64,000 nt of DNA from Betaproteobacteria bacterium. GTDB lineage: Bacteria > Pseudomonadota > Gammaproteobacteria > Burkholderiales > SHXO01. The stretch is taken from positions 4,207 to 68,206 of the forward strand of contig SHXO01000003.1 of assembly GCA_009693245.1 (NCBI GenBank). The letters are read 5' to 3'. Numbering within the stretch: position 1 is the stretch's first letter; each line of letters begins with the position of its first letter. Positions 8,955 to 19,452 of the stretch are shown here, in pieces. The notes beneath the pieces are model-generated. The model was given only the letters and a program-made list of their open reading frames with translations. It ran no database searches and was not told the DNA's origin. The position numbers were made by a program, and so were the translations under genes.

Positions 8955-10832
8955 TTGTTGTTTGCGCGGCTGCTATTGCTGGCAATATCGATCCACGGCT
9001 CCCGCTCGGGGGCCGTGGATGTCTTGACCAACAACTACGACAACCACCGAAGCGGCGCGAATCTGGAAGAGTCCATGCTCGACACGGCCAATGTCTCTCC
9101 GGAAACTTTTGGCCGCTTGTTCAGCTATCCGGTTGATGGCCCGGTCTTCAGCCAGCCCTTGATCGCGACTGGCGTTGAAATACCCGGGCAGGGCGCGCGC
9201 GACGTGGTCTACATCGCCACCGCCAATAATTCGGTATTTGCCTTCGATACGCAAGGCGAGGGCAAGGTACTGCTGTGGAAGCGCACCTTTGCGCAATTGC
9301 CCGGTGGGCGCGCAGCTATGGTGAGCGGAATTCTGAGCACGCCGGTCATCGATCGCGGCACCAGCTCGATTTATGTGGTCACCGGTTTCATGGATGGTTC
9401 CGAGGGCAAGTTCGTCTTGCACGCCTTGGACCTTGGCAGCGGCGCGGAGAAACACTTCGGCCCCGCGTTGATCCAAGGTTCGGTGAAAATCGATTCCACC
9501 GTCGTGCCTTTTCATCCCACCAACAAGCGCATCGCCGTTCAGCGTGCCGCGCTCGCCATCGCGCAAGGAAGACTTATCGTGGCCTTCGGCGGAGATTTCT
9601 TCGAGGGTTGGGTCTTCTCCTACGACAAAAATGACCTGCAAGCCGCGCCCCGCGCCTTTTGCACGATTTGCGCGAGCCGTGTGAGCGCCATTTCAAAAAT
9701 CGATTATTTGGACGCTCACTGCATCCTCTTGGGACCCGGTGGCGGCATCTGGCAATCGGGACGCGGACCTGTCGTCGGAGACGACGGAACCGTCTACTTC
9801 TTCACCGGCAACAAGCAGCACGTCATCAAGGATGGCTGCAAGATACTGCCCAGCAATAATGCGTGCTCGCAGTGCGCCGGGCCGCAAGAATGTACTTGCA
9901 AGGTAAACCGCTCCGCTGGCGTGTGCCGTGGCCACGATGCCTGCCACGCGAACCAAGCGCGCGACGAGCGCCAATTCGATACGCACGATTCCTTGATCGC
10001 GCTCACCCCGGCACTGGATCTGGTGGGATGGTACCGGCCGGAGAATTGGAACGCCTCCGGGGTCAACGGCCTCGAATACAACGACCTGGATTTGGGGGGC
10101 TCCGGGCCCTTGCTCATTCCCGGTACCTCACGGCTGGCCGGCGGGGGCAAGCAAGGCGTCATGTATCTACTGGATATAAAACCAACCACGGAACCTTGCC
10201 AGCCATCGCTGGGGAGAAATTGCATAGCCGCGCGCGCGCTCCAGAGCTTTCAGGTGGCACCCATTCCGCTCCGGCCCAACGAGTATTACCGCCATATCCT
10301 CGGCGGCCCCGTGCTATGGGCCCGCCATGGCCAGGCAGGGGGCGCGCGCATGTTTGTGTGGCGCGAGAACGATACCCTAAGAAGTTATGCGGTCTCGGAT
10401 GCGTTCGAAGGCTGCGACCAGAACAATCCCGCGCCCACGACGTCCCACGATTGTCCAGCCCTGGCGCGCAGCGAGGACTACATCGACCATCACCCTGGCG
10501 GGATTCTCGCGCTCTCCGCTCATGGTGGCGAGCCCTCATCCGCCATCGTGTGGGCCGCCAAGCACAACTCCATGAGCGGCCCGGCCAAACTCATGGCCTT
10601 CAAGGCATCGCCGGATGCGGCGGCCCCAGGGCAACTGGCGAAGATATGGGACAGCAGTTATTGCGAAGGCGATGCCTTGGTCGCGGGATCGGAGTTTGTG
10701 CCGCCTACCGTGGCCAATGGCAAGGTATATCTAGCCACCGGAGCGGGCCGGGTGGAAGTGTTCGGATCGATCCCTAAACGCGAATGCGTGCGGCAGGCAT
10801 TGCCGGCGAATTTTGGCCCGATGATGCAGTAG
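8955..10832 (+). CDS. hypothetical secreted beta-propeller (PQQ-like repeat) protein with Cys-rich insert
   Basis: 625-aa ORF with a TTG start 6 nt after the aspS stop. The N-terminal NNYDNHRSGAN...VDGPVFSQPL pattern resembles PQQ-like propeller proteins. The start is uncertain. Confidence 0.55.
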   Translation: MLFARLLLLAISIHGSRSGAVDVLTNNYDNHRSGANLEESMLDTANVSPETFGRLFSYPVDGPVFSQPLIATGVEIPGQGARDVVYIATANNSVFAFDTQGEGKVLLWKRTFAQLPGGRAAMVSGILSTPVIDRGTSSIYVVTGFMDGSEGKFVLHALDLGSGAEKHFGPALIQGSVKIDSTVVPFHPTNKRIAVQRAALAIAQGRLIVAFGGDFFEGWVFSYDKNDLQAAPRAFCTICASRVSAISKIDYLDAHCILLGPGGGIWQSGRGPVVGDDGTVYFFTGNKQHVIKDGCKILPSNNACSQCAGPQECTCKVNRSAGVCRGHDACHANQARDERQFDTHDSLIALTPALDLVGWYRPENWNASGVNGLEYNDLDLGGSGPLLIPGTSRLAGGGKQGVMYLLDIKPTTEPCQPSLGRNCIAARALQSFQVAPIPLRPNEYYRHILGGPVLWARHGQAGGARMFVWRENDTLRSYAVSDAFEGCDQNNPAPTTSHDCPALARSEDYIDHHPGGILALSAHGGEPSSAIVWAAKHNSMSGPAKLMAFKASPDAAAPGQLAKIWDSSYCEGDALVAGSEFVPPTVANGKVYLATGAGRVEVFGSIPKRECVRQALPANFGPMMQ

Positions 10833-10868
10833 AAGATCCATTCGGGGCATCGGCAACAGCATGCTCGG

Positions 10869-11075
10869 CTAGCGCTCTCCCGCATCCGCGTCCTTGGCCC
10901 GTTGCTGGGTTTGAGCCATGGCATGGCCGATTTTCTGTTGGGCTTGTTCCATGGTTTTCTTTCCCTGTTCCGCCTCCTGCTTCTTGGCGGCACCAACCGT
11001 GGCGGCGGTGGTGGCGGTTTCCAGGCCGCAGCCAGAGAGCGTTAAGAGAAGCATGGTGGCAAGGGCCTTGGTCAT
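10869..11075 (-). CDS. small lipoprotein, hypothetical
   Basis: 68 aa with lipobox LLTLSGC and a K/Q/E/A-rich mature part. Confidence 0.5.
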   Translation of the reverse strand: MTKALATMLLLTLSGCGLETATTAATVGAAKKQEAEQGKKTMEQAQQKIGHAMAQTQQRAKDADAGER

Positions 11076-11353
11076 GAGGTTTCTCCGTGATGGGACAGTG
11101 GTACTTACCCGTTAAGGAGCCCCTCGTACAGCGAGAGATCTTCCTTCGAGAAGCAGCAGAAGGTAATTTCGGAGAGGGAACCGGGCGCTTGAATGAAATT
11201 TGATGTCACCCATCATGGCCTTCAGAGTGGTCATTAGTCCCTCGTCCGCGCTGCTTGCGTTGTAAGACAATATAGACCATCTCCAAAATTCTCATTTATC
11301 AATGCCCGCTTTGGGTTGATAATCCGCGCCTTTTCCTAGCCAACCGGACTCCC

Positions 11354-13612
11354 ATGCGGTTTCGTTTTCCGATCGTCGTCATCGACGAGGACTTCCGTTC
11401 CGAGAACACCAGTGGTTTGGGGATTCGGGCCTTGGCCAAGGCCATCGAGGCCGAGAATGTCGAGGTCATAGGCGCCACCAGCTACGGCGACCTTTCCAGT
11501 TTCGCGCAACAGCAAAGCAAGGCCTCGGCGTTCATCCTTTCCATAGACGACGAGGAATTCGCCGCCACCAACAATGGCGATGATCCCGCCGTGGCCGCGC
11601 TGCGTGCCTTCGTGAAGGAGATCCGGCGGCGCAATACCGATATTCCCATTTTCCTGTATGGCGAGACGCGCACTTCGAGCCATATTCCCAACGACGTGCT
11701 GCGCGAGTTGCACGGCTTCATTCACATGTTCGAGGACACTCCGGAGTTTGTCGCCCGCTATATAGTGCGCGAGGCGAAGAACTATCTGGATAGCCTGGCG
11801 CCTCCCTTTTTTCGGGCGCTGACCCACTATGCGCAAGACAGTTCCTACTCATGGCATTGCCCGGGGCACTCGGGCGGGGTGGCGTTTCTAAAAAGCCCAG
11901 TGGGACATATGTTCCACCAGTTCTTCGGCGAAAATCTGCTGCGGGCGGACGTATGTAACGCGGTGGAGGAACTGGGCCAGTTGCTCGACCATACCGGCCC
12001 GGTGGCGGCGAGCGAACGCAACGCCGCGCGTATCTTCGGCGCGGATAATTTGTTTTTCGTGACCAACGGGACCTCGACTAGCAACAAGATTGTCTGGCAC
12101 TACGTGGTCGCCCCCGGCGACATCGTGGTGGTGGACCGCAATTGCCACAAGTCGGTTTTGCACGCCATCACGATGACGGGCGCCATTCCCGTGTTCCTGA
12201 TGCCCACGCGCAACCATTTCGGCATTATTGGGCCGATCCCGCTCGAAGAATTCACACCCGAATCGATCCAGAGAAAAATCGCCGCCAATCCGCTGATCAA
12301 GGGCACGGAGGGTAAGCCGCGCATCCTGACGCTGACGCAGAGCACCTACGACGGCGTCGTCTACAACGTCGAGACGCTGAAAGCCTTACTCGATGGCAAG
12401 GTCGATACGATGCACTTCGACGAAGCATGGCTGCCGCACGCGGCGTTCCACGAGTTCTACAAGGACATGCATGCCATCGGAGGGGTAAAGAACGGCCGCG
12501 CCCCCAACGAGCATTCGATGATCTTCGCCACGCATTCGACGCATAAGCTCCTGGCGGGGTTGTCGCAGGCTTCTCAAATTCTGATCCAGGATTCGGAGAA
12601 CGAAAAACTGGACCGTTTCATGTTCAACGAGGCGTATTTGATGCACACCTCGACTTCCCCGCAGTACGCCATCATCGCTTCGTGCGATGTCGCCGCGGCG
12701 ATGATGGAACCCCCTGGGGGTACCGCGCTGGTTGAGGAATCCCTCGCCGAGGCCATCGATTTTCGCCGTGCGATGCGCAAGGTCGGTGCCGAGTACGGGG
12801 ACGACTGGTGGTTTCGCGTGTGGGGGCCAGACGACCTAGCCGAACTGGGTATAGGCGACCGAGAAGATTGGATGCTGAAGACCGGCGACAAATGGCACGG
12901 ATTCGGCGAGATCGCGCCGGGATTCAATATGCTCGACCCGATCAAAGCCACCGTCATCACACCGGGACTTAACCTGAATGGCTCGTTCACGGACCCCGGC
13001 ACTCCTGCCTGCGTGGTGACGAAGTACCTGGCCGAGCATGGCATCATCGTCGAGAAGACCGGTCTGTATTCGTTCTTCATCATGTTCACCATCGGCATCA
13101 CCAAGGGCCGCTGGAACACGATGGTCACCGAATTGCAGCAATTCAAGGACGACTACGACCAGAACCAGCCCCTATGGCGAGTGTTGCCGGAGTTCATCCG
13201 CGCGCAACCGCAGTACGAAAAAATGGGCCTGCGCGAATTATGCGATGCCATCCACTCGGTCTACAAGGCCTACGACATCGCGCGCTTGACCACGCAGATG
13301 TATCTTTCCGAGATGGAGCCGGTGCTCATTCCCGCGCACGCCTACGCACACATGGCCCACAGCACCATCGATCGCGTGCCGGTGGATGATCTGGACGGGC
13401 GCGTGTCGGCCGTTCTGCTCACGCCGTATCCGCCCGGTATACCGCTCCTGATTCCAGGCGAGCGCATCAACGCCAAGATCGTGAATTACCTGAAGTTCGC
13501 GCGCGAGTACAACGCCAAGTTCCAGGGATTCGAGACCGACATTCACGGCTTGGTGAAGCTGAAAAAGAATGGCACGACCGAGTACTTCGTCGATTGTGTG
13601 CGCGCGGCGTAA
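11354..13612 (+). CDS. Orn/Lys/Arg decarboxylase family (large, wing-domain type) PLP enzyme
   Basis: 752 aa with an N-terminal response-regulator-like wing and the PLP-lysine region FATHSTHKLL. Confidence 0.9.
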   Translation: MRFRFPIVVIDEDFRSENTSGLGIRALAKAIEAENVEVIGATSYGDLSSFAQQQSKASAFILSIDDEEFAATNNGDDPAVAALRAFVKEIRRRNTDIPIFLYGETRTSSHIPNDVLRELHGFIHMFEDTPEFVARYIVREAKNYLDSLAPPFFRALTHYAQDSSYSWHCPGHSGGVAFLKSPVGHMFHQFFGENLLRADVCNAVEELGQLLDHTGPVAASERNAARIFGADNLFFVTNGTSTSNKIVWHYVVAPGDIVVVDRNCHKSVLHAITMTGAIPVFLMPTRNHFGIIGPIPLEEFTPESIQRKIAANPLIKGTEGKPRILTLTQSTYDGVVYNVETLKALLDGKVDTMHFDEAWLPHAAFHEFYKDMHAIGGVKNGRAPNEHSMIFATHSTHKLLAGLSQASQILIQDSENEKLDRFMFNEAYLMHTSTSPQYAIIASCDVAAAMMEPPGGTALVEESLAEAIDFRRAMRKVGAEYGDDWWFRVWGPDDLAELGIGDREDWMLKTGDKWHGFGEIAPGFNMLDPIKATVITPGLNLNGSFTDPGTPACVVTKYLAEHGIIVEKTGLYSFFIMFTIGITKGRWNTMVTELQQFKDDYDQNQPLWRVLPEFIRAQPQYEKMGLRELCDAIHSVYKAYDIARLTTQMYLSEMEPVLIPAHAYAHMAHSTIDRVPVDDLDGRVSAVLLTPYPPGIPLLIPGERINAKIVNYLKFAREYNAKFQGFETDIHGLVKLKKNGTTEYFVDCVRAA

Positions 13613-13623
13613 GGATTTGAGAA

Positions 13624-13661
13624 AACCTTCACCACAGAGACACAGAGGCACGGAGAAAACC
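13624..13661. repeat. CACAGAG-unit repeat module
   Basis: aaccttcaccacagagacacagaggcacggagaaaacc lies between the convergent decarboxylase and folA stops. Confidence 0.75.
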
Positions 13662-13666
13662 AATTC

Positions 13667-14197
13667 TTAACCATGGCGCATATAGGTTACAAACGCATAG
13701 CCGTCGTAACCTTCGCCGCACAAAGAGCGTTGCTCGCGAGCAATTTCCCGCCACAGGCTCGCATCGATGCTAGGGAAGTGGGTATCGCCCTCGAAGTGAC
13801 CTTCAACGAGCGTAACGTGGAGACGATGCGCCATGGGCAAAGCCTGGTCATAAATTTCGCGGCCGCCGATCACGAAAACTTCCTCTTCACCGCTCGCCAA
13901 CGCGATGGCCGCCTCCAGCGAGTTCGCGGTCTTGACGCCGGCGGGCACCGCATACGAGGCTTTCCTGGTGACGACGATATTCTCACGCCCAGGTAGCACC
14001 CGGCCGATGGACTCGAAGGTTTTGCGGCCCATGATGATGGGGTGGCCCATGGTGAGCGCCTTGAAACGCTTCAAATCCTCAGAGATGTGCCAAGGCAGGC
14101 GATTATCCTTGCCGATCACGCGCCCTCGGTCCATGGCCACGATGATGGATACGCGCGGCTGTTTCTCCTCCCTCCCCTCTCCTCCCTCCCCCCTCAT
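13667..14197 (-). CDS. folA: dihydrofolate reductase
   Basis: [21 protein letters not shown] aligns with the DHFR N-terminus. The only in-frame start upstream of it is ATG 14197, which gives a 14-aa G/E-rich extension. There is an ATGA overlap with the thyA stop. Confidence 0.9.
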   Translation of the reverse strand: MRGEGGEGREEKQPRVSIIVAMDRGRVIGKDNRLPWHISEDLKRFKALTMGHPIIMGRKTFESIGRVLPGRENIVVTRKASYAVPAGVKTANSLEAAIALASGEEEVFVIGGREIYDQALPMAHRLHVTLVEGHFEGDTHFPSIDASLWREIAREQRSLCGEGYDGYAFVTYMRHG

Positions 14198-14988
14198 ACG
14201 GCCACGGGCGCCCGGATGGCGGCGTGCGGCTCATACCCTTCCAGCGTGAAATCCTCGTAGCGGAACCCAAGAATATCCTTCACCTCGGGATTCAATCGCA
14301 TGCGAGGGAGCGGGCGCGGGGTGCGCGACAACTGTTCGCGCGCTTGCCGCAAGTGGTTCAGGTACAGATGCGTGTCGCCCATGGTGTGCACGAACTCGCC
14401 TGGTTCCAGATCGCACACCTGGGCCACCATCAAGGTGAGTAACGCGTAAGAGGCGATATTGAAAGGCACGCCGAGGAAGAAATCCGCGCTGCGCTGGTAG
14501 AGCTGGCAGGAGAGTTTGCCGCCCGCCACGTAAAACTGGAACAGGGCGTGACAAGGCGCCAGCTTCATCCTGGGGATGTCCGCCACGTTCCAGGCGCAGA
14601 CCATGAGACGGCGCGAATCCGGATTGCGTTTGATCTGCGCGATCAAATCCGAGATCTGATCGATGTGGCTGCCATCTGGCGCGGGCCAGGAGCGCCACTG
14701 ATAACCATAGACGGGCCCGAGATCGCCCTTGTCATCCGCCCATTCGTCCCAGATGCTCACCCCGTGTTCCTTGAGGTAGGCGATGTTGGTGTCGCCCTTC
14801 AAGAACCACAGCAACTCGTGGATGATGGACTTGAGATGCAATTTCTTGGTGGTCACCAGCGGAAAGCCTTGCGACAGATCGAAGCGCATTTGCGGGCCAA
14901 AAATGCTCAAGGTACCGGTGCCGGTGCGGTCGGATTTTCGCACCCCTTCGCCGAGGATGCGTTGCATGAGGTCAAGGTATGGGCGCAT
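14194..14988 (-). CDS. thyA: thymidylate synthase
   Basis: 264 aa, [12 protein letters not shown]...DRTGTGT...PCH..FQFYV. Confidence 0.97.
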   Translation of the reverse strand: MRPYLDLMQRILGEGVRKSDRTGTGTLSIFGPQMRFDLSQGFPLVTTKKLHLKSIIHELLWFLKGDTNIAYLKEHGVSIWDEWADDKGDLGPVYGYQWRSWPAPDGSHIDQISDLIAQIKRNPDSRRLMVCAWNVADIPRMKLAPCHALFQFYVAGGKLSCQLYQRSADFFLGVPFNIASYALLTLMVAQVCDLEPGEFVHTMGDTHLYLNHLRQAREQLSRTPRPLPRMRLNPEVKDILGFRYEDFTLEGYEPHAAIRAPVAV

Positions 14989-15056
14989 GATGGTGAGTCT
15001 ATCGCATGTTAGACTTTGGGCTCCATTCGTCGTGCCCGCTTCGCGGCGCCGTTTTC

Positions 15057-16154
15057 ATGTCCGGCAACACCCTCGGCAAACTTTTCTGCGTCACATCTTT
15101 CGGTGAGAGTCACGGCCCCGCCGTGGGTTGCGTGGTGGATGGTTGCCCGCCGGGATTGGTGCTGAGCGAGGCGGACATTCAGCCGGAATTGGACCGCCGC
15201 CGCCCTGGCACCTCGCGCCACGTGACACAGCGGCAAGAATCCGATACGGTGGAAATTCTTTCCGGCGTGTTCGAGGGCAAGACCACGGGCACCTCCATTG
15301 GCCTGCTCATCCGCAATGTCGATGCGCGCAGCAAGGATTACGAAACCATCAAGGATACTTTCCGCCCTGGGCATGCGGACTACACCTATTGGATGAAGTA
15401 CGGCATCCGGGATCATCGCGGTGGCGGCCGGCAATCGGCGCGCGAAACCGCGGTTCGGGTCGCGGCGGGAGCCATTGCCAAGAAATGGTTGCGTGAGCGG
15501 TACGGTGTGATCGTACGCGGTTACATGAGCCAGTTGGGCAGCATTGAAATTCCCTTCAAGAGCTGGGATGTGGTGAATCGCAATCCCTTCTTCGTGGCCG
15601 ACGAGGGCTATGTGTCCCAATTGGAATCCGTCATGGATGAATTGCGCCGCGAGGGCGATTCCGTGGGTGCCAAGATCACGGCCGTGGCGCACAATGTACC
15701 GCCGGGCTGGGGCGAGCCGGTGTACGACAAACTCGACGCGGACATCGCCTACGCCATGATGAACATCAACGCGGTGAAGGGCGTGGAAATCGGCGCGGGC
15801 TTCGCCAGCGTGAGCCAGCGCGGTTCTCAACACGGCGACGAGATGACGCCCGGGGGTTATCTTTCCAACAACGCGGGCGGGATACTTGGCGGAATTTCCT
15901 CCGGGCAGGACATCGTCGTCAACATTGCCATCAAGCCCACGTCCAGCATTCGCGTGCCACGGCGTTCGGTCGACAAGCAAGGCAATCCCACGATCGTGGA
16001 AACCCTGGGACGTCACGATCCATGCGTGGGGATCCGCGCCACGCCCATCGCGGAGGCGATGCTGGCCATCGTGTTGATGGATCACGCGCTACGCCACCGT
16101 GCGCAGAACGCCGACGTGGACAATGCCACGCCGCGAATCCCTTCCGCGCCCTAG
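15057..16154 (+). CDS. aroC: chorismate synthase
   Basis: [20 protein letters not shown] is the conserved start, so ATG 15057 is preferred over the track start at 15006. Confidence 0.95.
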   Translation: MSGNTLGKLFCVTSFGESHGPAVGCVVDGCPPGLVLSEADIQPELDRRRPGTSRHVTQRQESDTVEILSGVFEGKTTGTSIGLLIRNVDARSKDYETIKDTFRPGHADYTYWMKYGIRDHRGGGRQSARETAVRVAAGAIAKKWLRERYGVIVRGYMSQLGSIEIPFKSWDVVNRNPFFVADEGYVSQLESVMDELRREGDSVGAKITAVAHNVPPGWGEPVYDKLDADIAYAMMNINAVKGVEIGAGFASVSQRGSQHGDEMTPGGYLSNNAGGILGGISSGQDIVVNIAIKPTSSIRVPRRSVDKQGNPTIVETLGRHDPCVGIRATPIAEAMLAIVLMDHALRHRAQNADVDNATPRIPSAP

Positions 16155-16180
16155 CGCGGTATTTTTATAGAACTCCTCCT

Positions 16181-18052
16181 GTGATCAAGAAAAATAAATC
16201 GCGCGCCGGCACAAGCGGGCCGCAGACCGCGCAGCTCGATTCCATCGAGCGGCTGCTAGACGAGGAGCGCTTCAATGAAGCGTCCGCCAAGGCGGAGCGC
16301 CTGGCCGCGGAGTTTCCCGAACACACCCGGTTGCGTGCCCTGCGCATTCAAGCGCTGGCGGCCACCGGCGAGATCGCGCTAGCCACCCTCATCGCCCATG
16401 AGTGGACGCAGGCGCAAGCCAATAGCCAGCGTGCGTGGGGGCTCTTGTACACCTTGGCGAGCGAACTCGGTTTGGGATTCCTCGCCTATGGCGCGCACGA
16501 ACGTTTGGAAGCGCTGGGCGCTAGCGATAGCGTGCGGACCGAGGAGGCTCTCGGCATGATCGCCTCCACCAAGGCCAAGTATTCGCAACTCGATGGCGCG
16601 GAAGGCTTGCACTCCGATTTGGGTTTGCTTTATCTCATCACGGAGCGCCTCGACGCCGCGCGCGCGCAACTGGAGCAAACCGCGCATCCGGTTCCGCGCA
16701 CCAATCTCGCCGCCGTGTTGTTCGACCAAGGAAAAATGCCCGAGGCCATCGAGATCGCGCAGTCCGCTTGGGACTCGGACCCCAACACCACCCATGCCGC
16801 ACGCACTCTTGTGCGCGCCCTACTGTACAGCGGAGAGCTGGAACGGGCACGCGTGGCGGGCGAGAAGCTCAGGACGGTGGCGGCGCGCGCCCCTGATGAA
16901 TTAGCCGCGCAACTAGAAACGCTGGATTTGCTGGAGGATTTCGAGGCCGCCAAGAATTGCTTCAACGCGTTCTCGCGGGATTTGTATAAGGACTACCGCC
17001 GTGACGTGGTGGCGCGGGCGAAGCACGCGGCAGCAGTCGCTTTCATGCAAACGGGGGACCGGGCCAAGGCGCAATCTCTCTGGGAGGAGGCGATCGCGGA
17101 CAACCCTCAACACCGCCTGTATCACATCAATTTGGCTAACGCCAAGGCGAAGAAATCCACGGAACCTGCCTGGCTGGAATTGATGGGGGATGCCTTTCCC
17201 GCCTTGCACGCGAAAGCGATCGAGAAAAGCCTCCAGGAGGCCGGTGGCGCGGAGGTGGTTCTTCAGGATCCTTCCGTTCTTGAAACGCAGATCCATGCGC
17301 ATTCCATTTACCTGAGCCGAATGCTGCGCTTGAGCGATCCTTTGTTCAGGGCTATCGTGCGCGAGGAGTTGGCCGGGCGCGCGGACCATGATGACTCTCA
17401 CGCCGAAGAAGCGCTGGGCGCATTCGTGACCTATTCATTTGGCGCGGACGGCGAGCGCATCGAGGCTTTGCGCGGGTTGTACTTCGCGGGCAAAATCGAA
17501 CGCGATTCGCAAGTGAAGATATTTCTGCGTGGCGAACAAAGAGAGCTTCACGTGGAAGTCCCCATGGTCAAACCGCGAAGAGCACTCAAGGAATTGCCGG
17601 ATGAAGCCATCGGCGACTACGTTAGGGCGGTATTTGCGACCGAACATGCCGGTCTACGCCAAGGGTTGGCCAAGCTCGAACAGTGGCTGGGGCAAGCCAC
17701 GCTGCGGCGCGACCAGCTCGTGCTCGATCACCGCATCATCTTGCTGTTGCATGCCATGCGGGGGCGCGAACGCGAGGCGCAAGAGCGCTTGCGCGCGGCG
17801 CTCGATGCGGGAGACGCCTTGCCACGCACCTTCGCATTCGCCGCGCGCAAGGCGGCCAGCGAGGGCGACGCGGACCGAGGCGCTCGTTTGCTGGAAGGCC
17901 AGCTCCCGCGCTCGGACATGGACGACGAGGACATTGCCCCCGTGCTGCTCGCACAACAGGAGTTGCACGCTAGCCGGGGAGAGGAAGACCAGGAACTCGC
18001 GGCCTGGGTAACATCGGAAATGTTAGGCGCCTTCGAAGCCGAAGAGGTCTGA
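16181..18052 (+). CDS. TPR-like repeat hypothetical protein
   Basis: Long alpha-helical, Ala/Leu-rich ORF. Upstream of 16154 it overlaps aroC out of frame. GTG 16181 is the first start after the aroC stop and has no good SD. Confidence 0.65.
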   Translation: MIKKNKSRAGTSGPQTAQLDSIERLLDEERFNEASAKAERLAAEFPEHTRLRALRIQALAATGEIALATLIAHEWTQAQANSQRAWGLLYTLASELGLGFLAYGAHERLEALGASDSVRTEEALGMIASTKAKYSQLDGAEGLHSDLGLLYLITERLDAARAQLEQTAHPVPRTNLAAVLFDQGKMPEAIEIAQSAWDSDPNTTHAARTLVRALLYSGELERARVAGEKLRTVAARAPDELAAQLETLDLLEDFEAAKNCFNAFSRDLYKDYRRDVVARAKHAAAVAFMQTGDRAKAQSLWEEAIADNPQHRLYHINLANAKAKKSTEPAWLELMGDAFPALHAKAIEKSLQEAGGAEVVLQDPSVLETQIHAHSIYLSRMLRLSDPLFRAIVREELAGRADHDDSHAEEALGAFVTYSFGADGERIEALRGLYFAGKIERDSQVKIFLRGEQRELHVEVPMVKPRRALKELPDEAIGDYVRAVFATEHAGLRQGLAKLEQWLGQATLRRDQLVLDHRIILLLHAMRGREREAQERLRAALDAGDALPRTFAFAARKAASEGDADRGARLLEGQLPRSDMDDEDIAPVLLAQQELHASRGEEDQELAAWVTSEMLGAFEAEEV

Positions 18053-18107
18053 ACCGGCATAGCTGGAACCAAATGGTCGCGATCGCTTCGGCAAAGTACG
18101 TGTTACG

Positions 18108-18130
18108 AACAAGGGGAGCACCCCCTTGTT
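18108..18130 (+). terminator. hairpin aacaagggg-agcac-ccccttgtt followed by tatct
   Basis: 9-bp perfect stem 56 nt after the stop of the TPR gene, with a weak U-tract. Confidence 0.45.
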
Positions 18131-18245
18131 TATCTCCCGCGAGGAACAAGGGGACAGCCCATTGTTGATCCCATAAACCAGACACTTGTGGCGCGAAGTG
18201 TTCTCCAATTTCGGTACCGGCGAACCTGTAAGGGACTAATCCACG

Positions 18246-19394
18246 GTGGACAGTAGGCAAACCGCCGCCAGGCTTTCCGGTTTCTATTTCGTTTATTTTC
18301 TGTTGATCGGGGCTTTTCAGCCCTTCTTTCCGCTGTATCTCAAGTCTCTGGGATTGAGCGCCGCCGATATCGGCGTGTTGCTCTCCACCAATCCCCTCGT
18401 GCGAGCGGTGGGCCCCAACGTGTGGGCCTGGCTGGCCGACCACCGCGGCGAAAGAGTGAGTCTTACGCGCATCAGCGCCGTGGGCACTGTCGTGACCTTT
18501 GCGCTGGTGATGTGGGGTACGACCTTTACTTGGTTGCTGGCGTCCATGCTGGTACTCAACATTTTCTGGTGCGGAATCTTGCCGTTGGTTGAGGCCAGCA
18601 CTTTCTCGCATTTGCGCGGGCGCTTGGGACGCTACGGCCGCATCCGGGTGTGGGGATCTTTCAGCTATGTGATGGCTGTTGTCGGCTTGGGTTATTTCTT
18701 CGAGTGGGTACCCATCTCCGCGGTGCTCTGGGTGCTGCTGGCGATATTCGCCGGCATCGCGTGGTCGAGTTTTCTGCTGCCACCCGATCATGCGCACGCT
18801 TCCACGGGGCCCAAGCCGCCCATCACGGATTTGCTGAAACAGCCCGAAATCATCGCGCTTTTCACGGCGTGTTTTCTCATGGCCTTGGCGCACGGGCCTT
18901 ATCACACCTTCTTCTCCATCCACCTGGTGGACCACGGTTTCAGCAAGAGCACCGTGGGCTGGCTGTGGGCCATCGGCGTCATGGCGGAAGTGGGTGTGTT
19001 CTATACGATCCATCGCCTCTACCGGCGCTTCGCCATCAAGGATTTGATTTCCTTTGCGCTGGCCTGCGCCGTGGTGCGCTTCATCTTCATCGGTTGGTTC
19101 GTCGATGTGCCCGGTGTGGCGTGGGTAGCGCAGTTGCTCCACGGGGCTACCTTTGGCATCTTCCACGCCTCGGTCTTGGCGGCCATTCACGGTAAATTCA
19201 AGGAGGGCTACCAGGCGCGCGGCCAGGCGCTGTACACGAGCATTGGCTTCGGCGTGGGCGGTACGCTTGGCGGTTTGTTCAGCGGTTTTGCCTGGGAGCA
19301 CGTGGGACCGGCGGCGACTTTCAGCCTAGGTTCACTGGCGGCCCTGGTGGCGCTGGGGCTCATCTTGAGGTGGTGGCCGAAGACTGCAGGTTAG
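18246..19394 (+). CDS. MFS transporter (LacY/HcaT-like subfamily)
   Basis: 382 aa, about 12 hydrophobic segments, GTG start. Confidence 0.8.
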   Translation: MDSRQTAARLSGFYFVYFLLIGAFQPFFPLYLKSLGLSAADIGVLLSTNPLVRAVGPNVWAWLADHRGERVSLTRISAVGTVVTFALVMWGTTFTWLLASMLVLNIFWCGILPLVEASTFSHLRGRLGRYGRIRVWGSFSYVMAVVGLGYFFEWVPISAVLWVLLAIFAGIAWSSFLLPPDHAHASTGPKPPITDLLKQPEIIALFTACFLMALAHGPYHTFFSIHLVDHGFSKSTVGWLWAIGVMAEVGVFYTIHRLYRRFAIKDLISFALACAVVRFIFIGWFVDVPGVAWVAQLLHGATFGIFHASVLAAIHGKFKEGYQARGQALYTSIGFGVGGTLGGLFSGFAWEHVGPAATFSLGSLAALVALGLILRWWPKTAG

Positions 19395-19452
19395 CGAGGG
19401 ATCACCGCGTGCCCCTATGCAATAATCCTTCGCTCGTTTAGAGCTTCCAATC

